Shown in pieces: positions 47,955-60,599 of a stretch of 64,000 nt of DNA. How positions within the stretch are numbered: position 1 is the first letter of the stretch; every line of letters starts with the position of its first letter. The DNA is from Trypethelium eluteriae (lineage: Eukaryota). The stretch lies in contig JAVECL010000048.1 in the NCBI GenBank assembly GCA_051942245.1, positions 1 through 64,000 of the forward strand, written 5' to 3'. A model generated the notes under the pieces. It was not told the origin of the DNA and made no database searches. It worked only from the letters and a program-made list of their open reading frames with translations. The position numbers were made by a program, and so were the translations under genes.

Positions 47955-48740
47955 ATGTTGCCGACGCCGTCTACAGATCACGTTTCGTTTGATCGCGTGT
48001 ACGAACCGGCCGAAGACTCCTTCTTATTTTTAGACACTTTATCCTGTGACCGAGAAACCACATTCCTCCGCCAAAGGTTTGCTCAGTGTTCAAATGGTGA
48101 CCATGCATCGCCATGCATTTTAGAGATAGGCACAGGATCCGGAGTCCTCCTTGCTTTCATCACAGCTCATTCAAAGAAGTTATTCGGACGGCCGGATGTC
48201 CTGACTCTGGGTGCTGACATAAACAGCTTCGCATGCAAAGCTACAGAAGAGACCGTCAGAACGGCGTGCAGAGAATCAACGCCATATCTGAACCCAGGAC
48301 ATGGTATCTACCTTGATACGCTCAATGCTAATCTCGGCGATGCGCTCCACTCCGGCGTGGTCGATGTGCTGGTCTTCAATCCGCCGTACGTCCCTACTGA
48401 AGATCTGCCAAACCCATCAGATCACGAAAGTTACAATCAGTTCGACCATGGCACAACCACATTTGAGCAGGATTCCCATCTCTTAGCTCTCTCCTACGCA
48501 GGTGGAATGGAGGGTATGGAAGTCACCAACAAGCTCTTGGACAGACTGCCTGAGTTGCTGAATCCACAAAGAGGCGTTGCCTACATACTGCTCTGCGTAC
48601 AGAACAAGCCCCAAGACATCAAGCAACGCGTTCAGAACTGGGGTACTTCTTGGAGGGCAGACACGGTAGGATCCAGTGGAAAGAAAGGCGGCTGGGAGAA
48701 GCTCCAGATCATTCGCATATGGCGCTCGGCGGATCCATGA
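47955..48740 (+). CDS. MTQ2: HemK-family eRF1 glutamine methyltransferase (Mtq2/N6AMT1)
   Basis: MLPTPSTDHV..VYEPAEDSFLFLD, LEIGTGSG, VFNPPYVPT, LSYAGG..GMEV, GWEKLQIIRIWR; intronless. Confidence 0.92.
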   Translation: MLPTPSTDHVSFDRVYEPAEDSFLFLDTLSCDRETTFLRQRFAQCSNGDHASPCILEIGTGSGVLLAFITAHSKKLFGRPDVLTLGADINSFACKATEETVRTACRESTPYLNPGHGIYLDTLNANLGDALHSGVVDVLVFNPPYVPTEDLPNPSDHESYNQFDHGTTTFEQDSHLLALSYAGGMEGMEVTNKLLDRLPELLNPQRGVAYILLCVQNKPQDIKQRVQNWGTSWRADTVGSSGKKGGWEKLQIIRIWRSADP

Positions 48741-49448
48741 ACCACCTCATTTCAAAATATAGGGGGTTTCCAAGCTTATTGGTATGGTCGATAAGGTCTT
48801 TTTGTGTAAGTCGTCTTGCAGTATAGGGAGACTGCCATCCAGATGCAAATGGGAAAGTAATGGGATACAAGCCTGTGCTGACCTATCTCCAGTGGGGGCA
48901 AGCCGAGAGCGAGATTCTCCCACGGGCGTCGCCAGCAACTCGACCCGTAATGTCGCACGTCTCATGTATCATCGCCTTCCGCAACTTCCACTCACAATCC
49001 TCCGGGACAGGCTCAATTAGCGTATTCGGCCTCCTTGATGCTAGTGCCAATTTCTTTACCAGCATGCACAACCGGCATCGATATCCGTACGCCCTCCTCC
49101 TAATCTCTTCTCTGCAGCTATAAGTTGGAAGACGCAGGGCCACTTGATCTGAATCCTGCGAAATGACTTCCTCCCGTGCAAACAGTGTCACCGGGATGTA
49201 TGTACACGATGTACTTTCTGGAAGAATATGACATTTGGAGGGCTCGGCTTCAGAAGGCATTGGTATCTTGCCCGTGACAATAAAGGGGTTTATTTTCGCC
49301 TATTTGGAAGCCTCAGGGGGCTTTTAGAGAATGAGGTGGTTAAAAGAAGCCGTGACCTGGACGAGGACGATGGTGATGATAGTGGCGTTTGGAAGATGCT
49401 AAAAGATAATGTGGTGCTTGAAGTCAAGTGGCATTTGCGTAAAATCTT

Positions 49449-50303
49449 TCAGCCATTCTGATCGTGGTTGTTGGTCTGCCAAACATTTCTCTCCTCTTGC
49501 CAGGGATTCTCGTTGAGGGCATCTTCGACCGGAGACTGAGCTTGCAATGTCGGTGGGAGAATGAACTTCTGAGTTACCCGTGTTCTCCCCTGATCGAGTT
49601 CTGATTCTTGTCTCACTGTTTCTGTGGAACACTTGGGACTGCTGATAGGCCGAGAGGACCTACGCTTTCGGAAGAGCGAAGGCAATGAGATCGAAACGCT
49701 TCTCCGTTGTGTTCTGTCACCGCCCAACTGGGGACTTGTTCCTACAGATTCCTGGTTCATGCTGATCGGATATCTCGTATCACTTGGCTTAGGAAAGACG
49801 TTCTGATCCAGCTCTGGTACTTGTACTGTCCGGTGAAGCCGCTGCCGAAGCTCTATCAGGGCCATCATCGTCCTATCTCGGGCAATATCCGATTCATCCA
49901 CGAGATCGGCAAAGTCAACGATTCGATCATCCTTGCAGGCTTCAACCAGCTTCTGTATCAACTTATTCTGCAAATCGATCTGGATCTGCTGGAGGGTCAT
50001 GACTGCCAAGTCTAGCAGTTAGGCTGTCGTCAGCATCCTTACATCTGATTTCTTTCTGGATCTCGTGAGCATACCGTCACCCCTCTCGAAGGCCATCCCA
50101 AACCTCTCCAATCCACGCTCCTTCTCTGCATCAATGTCCCTTGGCGCTTGCTTCAGTGAGTCACAGAGATATTGCGTCGGTGGCGGTGCATTGCTTGCTC
50201 TTCTCCTATCCTTTATTTTTTTTAGTATCACACTACCATCGTTAAACGCGCTAATGACGCCAGCGACCGTAGCTACTATCGTGAAGATCTCCAAGCCCGA
50301 CAT
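49449..50303 (-). CDS. Hypothetical Pezizomycotina protein with MSGLE-type helical N-terminal domain
   Basis: MSGLEIFTIVATVAGVISAF...L.DSL..AP..ID.EKERGLERFG.AFERGD|..AVMTLQQIQIDLQ..; one intron near 50013-50074; may be C-terminally truncated. Confidence 0.6.
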
Positions 50304-50704
50304 TATGTCTGTAGCCCTGCAGGAAGAGGCCTTGGTCAATCAGACTCTCTGGCAAAACTCGTTATACGGATCGATGCCAGTGACGGTGTGAAAACTATAC
50401 CACTTAGAAAATAGTCATGCAAATGTGGTGCTGAATTCCGTTTCATCCGAGGAGAGAAGGCTTATGTTGTTTTCAAAATGAAAGAGCATGCATTCAAGGT
50501 CGTGTCCTTCGTCTTTATATATTTCTTCAGCTTAACTACTCAGATGCAACTGGATGGTGGAGGGGCTGCGCAGAGACCGAAAAATGCAGGGCGTAAGATG
50601 CATTTGACGCTTGGGCCATCCGCACTCACGCCGTCCAAGGTCCCCACCACCCACCACTCCACCGTTTCACCGTCACAAGTTTCACCTGGTTTGACGCAAC
50701 GGCC

Positions 50705-50751
50705 TGCAGCAGCAGGGGTGCAGCAGCAGGAGTGCAGCAGCAGGAGTGCAG
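50705..50751. repeat. Tandem 14-bp repeat x3.4 (TGCAGCAGCAGGRG)
   Basis: Units at 50705, 50719, 50733 and partial at 50747. Confidence 0.85.
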
Positions 50752-53014
50752 AAGCGAAGCCTAGCTACCTCAATACCTGCCTTACCGCTACTACCTCTTT
50801 TGTGCTAATAATTATGGTAGAAACCCTCCAATAAGTTAAGAATTGAGAACTTATGATAGCTCTTGCACCAAAGGGAACGAACCTCAAGGTCCTTCTTTGC
50901 TACGACACGATATCCGACTATCAGAGTTATTCTCTGCTTTTCAAGAGCTGTTGGAGTGGAAATATATTACTAGATTGAGCGAAGATTGCGAAGGCAGTCT
51001 TGGGCAGCCGAAACTTGTTTCTGCAGCCTCGACTGAACCGAGAAGACACACCACTGATCGTGTTAAAAGATCAACCTGGATCCACTCAAATTGGGTGTAG
51101 CGCACCTGCGAAGCCTCATAAAACCCTCAGACCTAGATAGCTGCATAGAACCAAGGATCCAACCACAAGATATCCACCTCACAATTTTAACAGATCCGAC
51201 GAGGGTGCTCCAGGCCTGCCTTTTTTGGGGCCGTGCTGGTGAGGGCGCTGATCAAGAGTCTCCTCTGGTTCAGCCTTGGGAACCCACAACACTTATTACC
51301 TCTTCGGTGGAAAAACGTAGGAACTGGTGTCAATCATATTCTATCATTTTTGTATACTGTATATGAAAATGTTCAAGTTGATAATCTTCAAGACACTCGC
51401 AAAAGTATCAGAGCCGTAATGCTGTCTTTAGGATCGCAATTCCGCTACGGTAAACATCATCAGTGGGACGAGAAAGGAAGTGCCTAGCCAGCGTCAGAAA
51501 AGGTGCGGGGCCGAATCGAAAACTATTAGGAATTTTCTTTTCGTAGGAACGCTCTGCACCAAGCCGCCAAGCGATAGTTGTCTCCTGCGGTCCGTTGGTG
51601 CGTTCATGCGGCGTAGGGATTCGATTCTGCGCGATGCTAGGCTGGTGAGCGAATAGGTGCATTTCAGCGGAAGCTTGCGCGGAACTGGCCCAGAGCCGTG
51701 GTTCTGAAACGGGATGACGCGCCGTCAGCATCCACCAACGGGTCCCCGAGGTTCTTTTACATTTCTAGAAAGCCTCCCGTCTCCTATGCTAGCTCGAAAA
51801 CTTCCGTCATGTATTTCCTTCTGTCGTTTGAAGGCCTTACGCTTGCGGCATACTGGGCGCCACGGGACGCTTTAGTCGCTGAACAGCTCAAACTTTCAAG
51901 CTCCGTACTTGCGTAAGACTCTGGATGTGTGAGCTGAAACAACATTTGTTCTAGAAAATGGTCCTGCGAAGCTGTTAATGATCTGGCCGCATTTGATCTT
52001 TCTAGGATGTACGCATTCAGTTTGCTCTTATGCTTTCTGAATTCCGAAGCTACCGGCAGCGGTGTGAAGTCTGTTCTCGATGAGAACGTTCCCGACCAGA
52101 GTAAATTGTCTTACGACCTTGTCGGCATCGTGCTGGAATAAGCCATTGAGGATTATCGCCATAGATGCAATGCTCCACCCTTTGAAGCTGAGCTTGTTTC
52201 CGCCACTAAGTAGGCTCCTGTTAAAGCTCTGCTCGTCTCTGTTCCTCCGGTACGGCGCATGTCGAGCACCATAGTTGAGGGTTGCAGAGACCTTACGAGC
52301 CACCCTAGCAACTTGCTGCGGTTGTGCTTTCCGATACAAAGGCGTTTTTTTGATTGTATTGATTGACTGATGGCAAAGGACAACTCCATTGCGAGGTGGA
52401 AAGTTCAATCCAGAGAGGTAAGTAAGTTAAAATAGCAGATTCGCATGTTTAATAACGAGGTCTTTGCGAAAGTACGACGCCTACGGCTATACGACAAATC
52501 CAGATGGCTTAAGGCATACGAATCTCGCCGGGAAGGATACACATGATCAGCCGCACTTCCCGCGGGAGTCACACTTTGCCCGCGTCTAAACAGTCCTACT
52601 GAAACTCTTGCGTACAGAAGTTCCGCTATGGAAATCGAGATCGATCTTTCAAACGCATAGATTTTACCAACGCAAGGCTTTGAAACTTATAGCGGAAAGT
52701 CTGAAGTTTTGAGACAAAGACAGGCTTTGACAGCCCTATCGGCCTTCTTCATCTGTTCAGTAGCAGCAGAATACGGGATATTCCATCCACCGCTGCGGCG
52801 TTCTACCACGCCACTCGGTGCTCAATATTGGTACAGTAAGAGAGAGCACGCAATGACTACAAGCGTCAGAACATTACAAATAGAGAACGTGAGAATATAA
52901 GACCTTTTATCGTGCGTTGCATCATTTGTTCTTTTTTATCTCTCTGGGGTGTTGATATCAATGGTATGTACAGTTTTGCTTTTCCTCATAGGGAGTTTCT
53001 TGAACAACATGTCC

Positions 53015-54073
53015 TCAGCAATTCGAGTTTGTCTGAGTTAGGAGGCCGAGTCTCCAAGGCAACGCATTGTAATCACCAGTTGCGTTCGGACTCAAGCCCT
53101 GGTAGAAATAGCGGAGATTGCACGGGCTGATGGTCAGCGTCTGATCGGTACTTGTTCGCACGACTTCTCCATGGCTGATGCTCTTGGTCCACGCAGTTCC
53201 ATTGAAAGCGACATTGTTGGAACGCGCGAAAGGATTGGCCTCGGTGTCCGCAAGACCAGTCCACGTACCAGAGGGACTGTTCGAGGTCCAGCTGCGGAAA
53301 TAGCGGTTCCCATCACTGCCGATAGCCTCGACGATGAGGAGATACTGGCCATTTCCAACGTTATAGACATTCGATGCCTCGTACAGGGCATATTGAGAGT
53401 CTGCAAGGGCAATGACAGGGTCGGTCATCCCGTTAGGGAAGCTACTAAGCGGAGTCTGCGAGCGGTAGAGATGGCCGTTGTCATCGGACGAGAAGAGATA
53501 GCAACTGGAAGAGTCGCAGATCACCCACATATCGACCCAATAGCCGCTGCCGATATTCTGGGTAATAATACTAGGGGTGCCGTTATAGAAGTTCGTGGGA
53601 GCGCTCCAACCAGCAGGGTCGCCGATGTTCTGGTTGGTGGAGTAGGCGGCATTGCCATTTTGGAAGATAAGATACCAGATGCTCTGCGGTTCGAAGTAGA
53701 AAATTTCCGGAGCAGCGCGATATCCCGATCCTATCGCAGTCTGATCAAGGTAGTTGAATTTGGCATTATTCGCTTGGCTGAAGTCGGTGAAGTTGAAATA
53801 AACAAGACCGTAGCCTGATTCTTTGGCGGTGCTAGCGAACACATGGTAAGTGCCATTGATCTCGACAATCGACGGATCTTTGATTGCAGCGAGCTCTTCA
53901 CTGTCATTCTTAGGGCCAACTAAAGCAGCACTCGAGCTCCATGTGAAACTAGTAGGCAGAGCATCCGCGGCGGATGGAACCGAAACATCATCTTTGTCTA
54001 GGGAATCCCGAAGCGGGGCCGCGCTAATAGTTGCCGCGCAGACCGCAAGGGCAAGTGTAACGAGCGACAGCAT
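53015..54073 (-). CDS. Secreted GH62 alpha-L-arabinofuranosidase (AxhA-like)
   Basis: Signal peptide MLSLVTLALAVCAATISA; LPTSFTWSSS, AIKDPS, YRAAPEIFYF, WVDMWVICD, FSSDDNGHLYRS, LYEASNVY, SISHGEVVR, ALPWRLGLL; intronless. Confidence 0.95.
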   Translation of the reverse strand: MLSLVTLALAVCAATISAAPLRDSLDKDDVSVPSAADALPTSFTWSSSAALVGPKNDSEELAAIKDPSIVEINGTYHVFASTAKESGYGLVYFNFTDFSQANNAKFNYLDQTAIGSGYRAAPEIFYFEPQSIWYLIFQNGNAAYSTNQNIGDPAGWSAPTNFYNGTPSIITQNIGSGYWVDMWVICDSSSCYLFSSDDNGHLYRSQTPLSSFPNGMTDPVIALADSQYALYEASNVYNVGNGQYLLIVEAIGSDGNRYFRSWTSNSPSGTWTGLADTEANPFARSNNVAFNGTAWTKSISHGEVVRTSTDQTLTISPCNLRYFYQGLSPNATGDYNALPWRLGLLTQTNSNC

Positions 54074-55241
54074 CGTTACCTGATCGCGAAATGATAGAGC
54101 AAACTGAGACTCCCAATTCCTTGGTGCCATTTTCCTGCAATCATTCCTTCAAATATATCTTCAGTCAACTCTGAAGTGTCGCTACGCTAAGCTTTCTGCA
54201 ATATAGCCTAATCAGCACAAGGGTGAACATTCCGGCAAAACCGTCATAGATGGCGCCTGAAGAAACGAAGGTGATTGGAGGAATTTCTCTAGACCTCTCT
54301 ATACGTGCTCATGTTTTGTTCCCTTTCTGGATACAATCATCATAGAGGGGCAGATCTCTATGCACAATAAAGGAGATCTTTGTCTGATCACCACTGACTC
54401 TTAAAAGGACTGTAGTCTAGAAACCCCAGATTTATCGACAAGCGGATCAATCTTGAAGAGGTCGCGTGGATCTCAAACCGCCTATCATCTTTGATTTATC
54501 TTCACCTCTCATTTGTGTACGCTGTATCTCCCCCGGTCCACAAAAAGCTGTAGAATACCGATTCTGATCCGAAAGGTTCATGATCTAGCATCAGCCAATG
54601 TTGGTAGAAAACGTGACATCGGCATCGTCTGAGTCCCAAGACGATACGAGGGATTCTGCGCTAACATGTTGCGTGCATCAAGCACTTTTATCCGGGTTCC
54701 TTAGTGAATTGAGCGGGAGTTAGAAGTGGGAGTATTGGACCCCTACCCAATGCGCTGCCCAAAGCGCGAAGAGTTGCCATGATAGATGTCTACGGTGAGC
54801 ATAATGTGTACAACCCACTGGTTGACATGTTGCTTGCTCAGGCGTTTAAATGACCCATCCGATGTGGATTCATCGTGGGATGGTTTTTGGTCATTGCGTC
54901 GCCTTCAGGAAATTTATGGATCTCGTTCAGATCTCTACAAGTGAAGATGTCGCAGACACTAGACACAGGGGCCTGCTGTGTGTGTACCTGTAAAAGATAG
55001 AAGGTGGTAAATTGGCAGTACGGGAAACTTCGGGTGTTATACACCTGATACTCACCAGCCTTACGCTCTTCAACGTCGAAGAAATGGGTTGACTTGCGCA
55101 TGGACGATATATCAACGATACGCGGCACACGAGTCATAACGGATGTGGAGATCAACATGAAATGCATGAGGAATGTTTATATCATCAGAAAGCAATGAAT
55201 GTGATTGAAGCCTGACTACCCAGCTACGTTATTGGTGACAA

Positions 55242-58086
55242 TTACGGAGGTGCAATCCCAGGAGGACTCAGCGCCTTTGCATACCCACTCGCAACAGAAC
55301 CCGGTTGTGACCTAGGACTAATAGCATCGATACCAGAAGCGCCAACTGTATTCTCCTCATACCCCTCTGCATCCTGATGATCCGTCAGCCCGCTGATGTC
55401 GCTGAGCATCGAGCTCGACCTGCCCCGTGCCTCGCGGCCCTCGCGGTAGACAGCACCGGGAGTGCTGTTCATCATCGCTGGGGAGGTTCCAATCGGAAAG
55501 GTCGGGGTATGGGCAGGGACAAAGCTACGACTGTTCGGGATGACACCTTCAGGTGTGGTGGGCGTCGAGGTACGAGGATCACTGAAGATTGACTGGAGCA
55601 AGTGAACCTTTTGCTGCACAGCGGTATGCCTCTGAAGGATTTGATCGCGCTCACGGTCCAGGATGTCGATCTGAGATATTATCTGGCCTTCTTTTAGGTC
55701 CCGCCCGAAGTTTGTGCGGGTCCGAACCGAGCTCTTCTGAGCTTGCGCGCTTTGTCCGTCGCTACTGGCGGCGTTGAGACGCTCGCACTGCTCGCTCAAT
55801 TTCTCCAGTCGGGCCTTCAGCCGGTCTCGCTTTTGAGTCACAGAAAGGATGTCGTTGGTAAGTCGAGATTGCTCTTGGCCGGCTTTTCGGTTAGCTTCGG
55901 TAAGACTTTCTCGAACACTCCTGTGTTTTGCTTGGCTCTCCCCCCATTGGCTTTTCTTCGCATCGTAATTTCGTAACTCGTCCTCCGGAACTGCAGCGAG
56001 AGAATCGACTTGCTCTGCCATTTCGGCAGAAGCATCTGCAGCATGCTGAATTTTGTGTTTCATCTGTATAATTCGCTGGCGCTGGCGGTCATCGTTATTG
56101 CCCGCGGATTCCGAGCGCGTATTGAGGCTGTCTAGTTCTTTGCGAAGCGAAGTGAGGGAAGATTTGTGCTCTTTGCGGATTTTCTTCAGCTTGTTGCGGA
56201 GTTCAAGAAGGGTTGAATCAGTAGCTACAATGGAATTGTTGAGGGTTGTTGTCGGCGAAGATGGACGAAACGACTGCTGGGCTGACGATGGTGCTGACGC
56301 TGCTTGAAGCATTAGAGGGTCTTACAAACCGGTTCGAGAAATGCATACCTTGCTCTGCTGTGGGCGCTGGTGGGGATGTAATTCTGGTCGCAGAGATTAC
56401 GAAATTGTCCGAGCAGCGAATAAATTCACAGTAATAACTTGAAAGCGGCGTCAATCCAAAAATTTCGCCAGCCCAGGAATCGGCGGTCTCGCTGGAGGAA
56501 TCGGCTGAAGCGTGAATCGGATAGATCCGAGTTGAGGTCCAATCCGCCCCATTGAGTCTCACATAGAACGGCTTTATTATGTCTGTATTCGTATTGCCAT
56601 CTTCGCTGAGTTGTGAAGTATTAGAGCTATGTTGAGATGTCCTTCTGACTGCCGAGCCTTGGAACCGTATTTCGGTTGGTAAGAGTTCCGAAATCCATAT
56701 CCGGCAAGGTTCCCTGGAATTTGCATTACCGAGGTGATTGACGTCTGTAGCGTCTGCTTCTATCGCATCTGGTGATGGTTGTGCTTGCTCCATTTCCTTC
56801 ATAACAGTGACTTTTGTGCTCGCCAACGCGGCCCAAAAAGGTTGTAATCGTCGAACGACATTTGCATGCTTTCTTTTCTTCTTCAAATGCAAATCTTTCT
56901 CTTTCGCGGTTGCAGATGCTGGAGGCTGTCCAGGAGGTCGACCGTCGGAACTAGCACTGCTGGAGGTTTCCGGATTCGAATCGGCGCCGATTGAGTTGCT
57001 TCTCGGGGATCGTGGAGAAAGGCCAGCTTCGGGATCTCTAAAGCTGTTGGGTGGGAGTTTAGCAGACGAGTCTCGTGATGCAAGAGATGATAAAGACCGT
57101 CGAATCCATCTCAAAACTCCTTGACTGAAGATGTGTATCGCAAAGCCCTTGTTCATCCAACTACGCGGTGACCACACCATATCTTGACCGGCATTCGCTT
57201 GTAACGGACTTTTTATTCGCCCTGAACTAACTTTTGACAACGTTGTCCAAATGAGGTGGTGGCCATAATAGCGGACTTGTTTCTGTCGGTTCAAATGAGA
57301 GGTCAGGACTATGGCAGCACAGACCAGGAACGCGTTCGTTGTGCCATTCTTTCCAGCAGCTGCCCCGCCTAAAGATACTGCGATTACAGCTGAAGATAGA
57401 TCCAAGATGTAATCCTGCAGCCACTCGAAGAGCACGAGCCAAAGCATGAAGATGAGAGCATCCATAAGTATGATAACACCGAGAGAAGGGGCCCCAGTGC
57501 CTCCAAGAAAGATCTCATGGAGAGTGGGAAGAACGCCCGGAGTCGGAGGAACGAATGTAAGTAGAGTATAGAGAGCATTGACAATGGTGAGAAATGTCGG
57601 CGGAAGTTGTAAGAGGATGATTAGGATAGCAATCACATCTCGGAGCGGACAGGATTTGAGTATGGTCGCAGCTAGCATCAAAGAGTCACCCATGCTCGCC
57701 ATCAGAATCTTTCCACCTGACTCATCCATCCGGCCATGGCCGTGGACAGCGTCCCCCAGCAAGCCTGTCTCGAAAGCTTGAGCGTCCGCTCCCGAGAGGA
57801 TTGAGAAGTCGGGCAGGCTCGAGGGTCCATCGACATCCGGAGCCTTCGTCGCGGAGTCCATGGTGCCTGCCGACGCAGTCCCATCGGAAGCGTCGCTGGT
57901 CTGCGGCAATGTTGGCGGTTCTGTCACAGCTGGAGAGGAAGGCGGCGGAGACGAGGTGGGAGAGGAGTCGCCATTCGGTTGATGGCGCAAGTTTCCGTTT
58001 GACTTTTGCTTTCCAATCCGCTTGCCAGGAGCTGCAAGTCCGTTCTCATGCCTGTTCTGGGTGCCTTTGCCTCGAGTCTTGGGCAT
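55242..58086 (-). CDS. acrB: AcrB-like ubiquitination-network/acriflavine-resistance membrane protein
   Basis: NRHENGLAAPGKRIGKQKSNGNL, CPLRDVIAILIILLQLPP, QPFWAALASTK, FYVRLNGADW, WAGEIFGLTP, then RPSSPTTTL and coiled coil; intron with donor at 56348. Confidence 0.82.
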
Positions 58087-59227
58087 GAACGTTGGCTAAA
58101 GCACAAAGTAGACCGCTCCCTCTCGCAGACTCGCCAGAGACGGGACGAGCCAAGCGGAGGAACGGTGTCAAGATGTCTGTGAGGAATGACGGGAAATCCG
58201 AAGATTTCTTCGGGACGGTAGTGTGGTGAACTTGGTAGTCGGAAGTGTCAAAGGAGGCAGCTCAGCCAAGCAGATCTGTGCGCTGATTAAGCCTCATATC
58301 CATTTTGTCCACATCATTTTTATCCCACTATGCCACTATGCCCAGTCAGCACGGCCACGGCGAAAAGACTGTTCAGCGTCTGGGGACCTCATCACCTTAG
58401 TTTCCCCGAGCCTGGCGTACCTGGTCAAGTGCCAGCCTACTCCATGCGTCCCATTACTCCGTACATTAGATTAGTTACCCAGTGCCCACTGCTACACCGT
58501 CTAGTCACACGTTTCCGACCCTCTCGCACGGCCGACCTCGGCCAGCTGGAAGATCGGCGCCACCAAATGCCCACCTCGGAGCGCCAGTAGCCAGACGCTC
58601 CTCCAGCTTTCCAGATCCAGCAGAGGCCAATCCTCCTCGCTATTACTCTTCTCACCCGTTTAGTGAGCTCGCTGCAATGCACGACCGGCGGCGAGCGGGA
58701 GGCGTCGGAGAGCGCCTCCGCAGCTGCATCCATGACCGGCGCTATCTCGTGCTAAATCATTCCATCTCAGAAGGTTTGCCTGCACCAGCACTTGTTTCCC
58801 TCCCGGGCCTCCCACCAGGTCCCGTCATCAGAGCCAACTATTAACTAGGCTTATCTTGCCAGCGCTGGCGCCGGGTGATTGCGACGGGAGGATCCTGGCA
58901 AGCGCATCAATGGTTTGCTGGCGCAAAATATTTCACGGGCATTTAAGCTTGTTCGTTGCGCGTGACTCTACCGGCGACAGCTTTTCTCAGTGGTTGGTTT
59001 GACGAATAAACCCCACTGAGAACCCGATCATAGCACCAAAGTATTCGAAGCCTAGGAAGCCCTGGCCATTACTTGCGCACAACCATGCAAATATCGCACC
59101 TTATCGCCGTCATTCAACGTTTTCGGCTTTCATTGACGGTTAGTGCTAGGTCCTAGCTTCTCCTCGCTGCTCCAATCACTACGGTAAGAGTTACTTCATC
59201 GAACCAATGACTCCACCGAAACCATGC

Positions 59228-60339
59228 TCAAGCCGCCTGACCGCTGCTGCCAAAATCCTCCTTCGCATCCGCTCTATCCCAACTGTCTTTCTCAAGCTCC
59301 CTAACCTGGTCCATCAACCTCGCCATCGCGGCGCTATATTCGTGCTTCGCCTGCTCTTGCAGCCTGAATGTGTCTTGAAAGCTTTCTACCATGAATGGTC
59401 GCAGCGGTACCTTTTTCGCATTCCGATAGTCGTACACAACTATGTCTTCCGTGCACCTCGCTGCTACTCGCCGATGAAGCTCCGACAGGATGATGACGTC
59501 CAAGATGAACGAGTCTGTCGACTCCGATGGAAGCTCGCGCAGTTTGTGATAGACACTGACACGGTCGGGCCATTTCATTGGCTGCCAACAGGCTGTGTTA
59601 GTAGATCTTGCCATAGCTTGAGCAACAAGAATGGGACCCTTCAGTGGTGCATACGAATTTGAAGTCGGTCCTAATACTCCGCAATATCAACCCATCTCCT
59701 TGCGGAGTCCACAGCTCACTCCACTCCTTTCGATGGGCTGGGTCGATTCGAGTTGCGTATTTCTGGGCCCAGTTGATGCGCGCAGATTCTGCGAAACGAT
59801 TGTAGGTAACGTTGTTCACGTGCCCTAGAGTGATATTTCAGTTCTCCAAGCTTACGATGTTGGATTCTGTGAAGGTTTGTGAGGCATACCCTTCAGTAAA
59901 TTCTTAGCCAATCGGAAGACAATGTCGGGGGACGACCGGGGCTTCTTACCATGCTATCCTACAGAGTGCGACAGAGATATTAGCGCAAGAAATCACATTT
60001 GTAATTCTTCGATCGTAGATGTGTGACCGGGCTTACCATCTCACCCCAGACGACCTCTTGCCTGTAAAGCCCTCTGTGGTTCTTATCTGTGAGGAATCCT
60101 TGACTACCAGCTATGAACTCTCTCCAATTATGATTCAATTCCCCCAGAATTTTGCCAGCTTGCTGGACTTGTCGATTCCCGAGCCCGAACTGTATGCATC
60201 GTCCTATCCGGGTGTGTAGGTCGGGGAGCCAGCGTGGATTTGTCGATTCACAAGACGACTTTGTCGTAAAGTGTTTGGAGAACAAGCTATGTCGCGATGG
60301 TCCGATCGTGGGTCTTAGATTCCATGCTCGATGTTTCAT
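59228..60339 (-). CDS. Mitochondrial hotdog-fold thioesterase-like protein
   Basis: PRWLPDL..RIGRCIQFG, VVWGEM|DSM|G|HVNNVTYNRFAESAR, LILRSIRTDFK, PMKWPDRVSVYHKL, AARCTEDIVVYDY, LEKDSWDRADAKEDFGS; exons 60037-60339, 59950-59958, 59890, 59824 onward. Confidence 0.88.
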
Positions 60340-60599
60340 AGTATCAATTGGGCCTCTCCAGAATGAAAGATCGAAAATGGACTAATTTATCAGACATCTT
60401 GAAAGATTCCATCGGGGAACCCTCGGGAAATCTACAAAACTACGATAACGGAGCCGATCGACGTCACGTCACTAAGATACGGAGTCCTGCACCCCACACC
60501 GTTACTGATCCGACGCAGAAACCCGTCTTGTAAGGATTGATTTTCCCTGAGATGGCCTAAATTACATCCAGTCTTATCCAGCACCAACACAACTGCAAA

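Noticed and set aside
46023..48740. SDR plus methyltransferase as a secondary-metabolite cluster
   Set aside because: The methyltransferase is housekeeping Mtq2; no PKS, NRPS, terpene synthase or cluster regulator in the window.
54074..54800. CreA-like (SYGGRG) and XlnR-like (GGCTGA) sites upstream of GH62
   Set aside because: Biologically plausible, but isolated 6-mers occur by chance at this length.
58330..58844. Short GC-rich plus-strand ORFs upstream of acrB
   Set aside because: No recognisable motif or coherent splice model.
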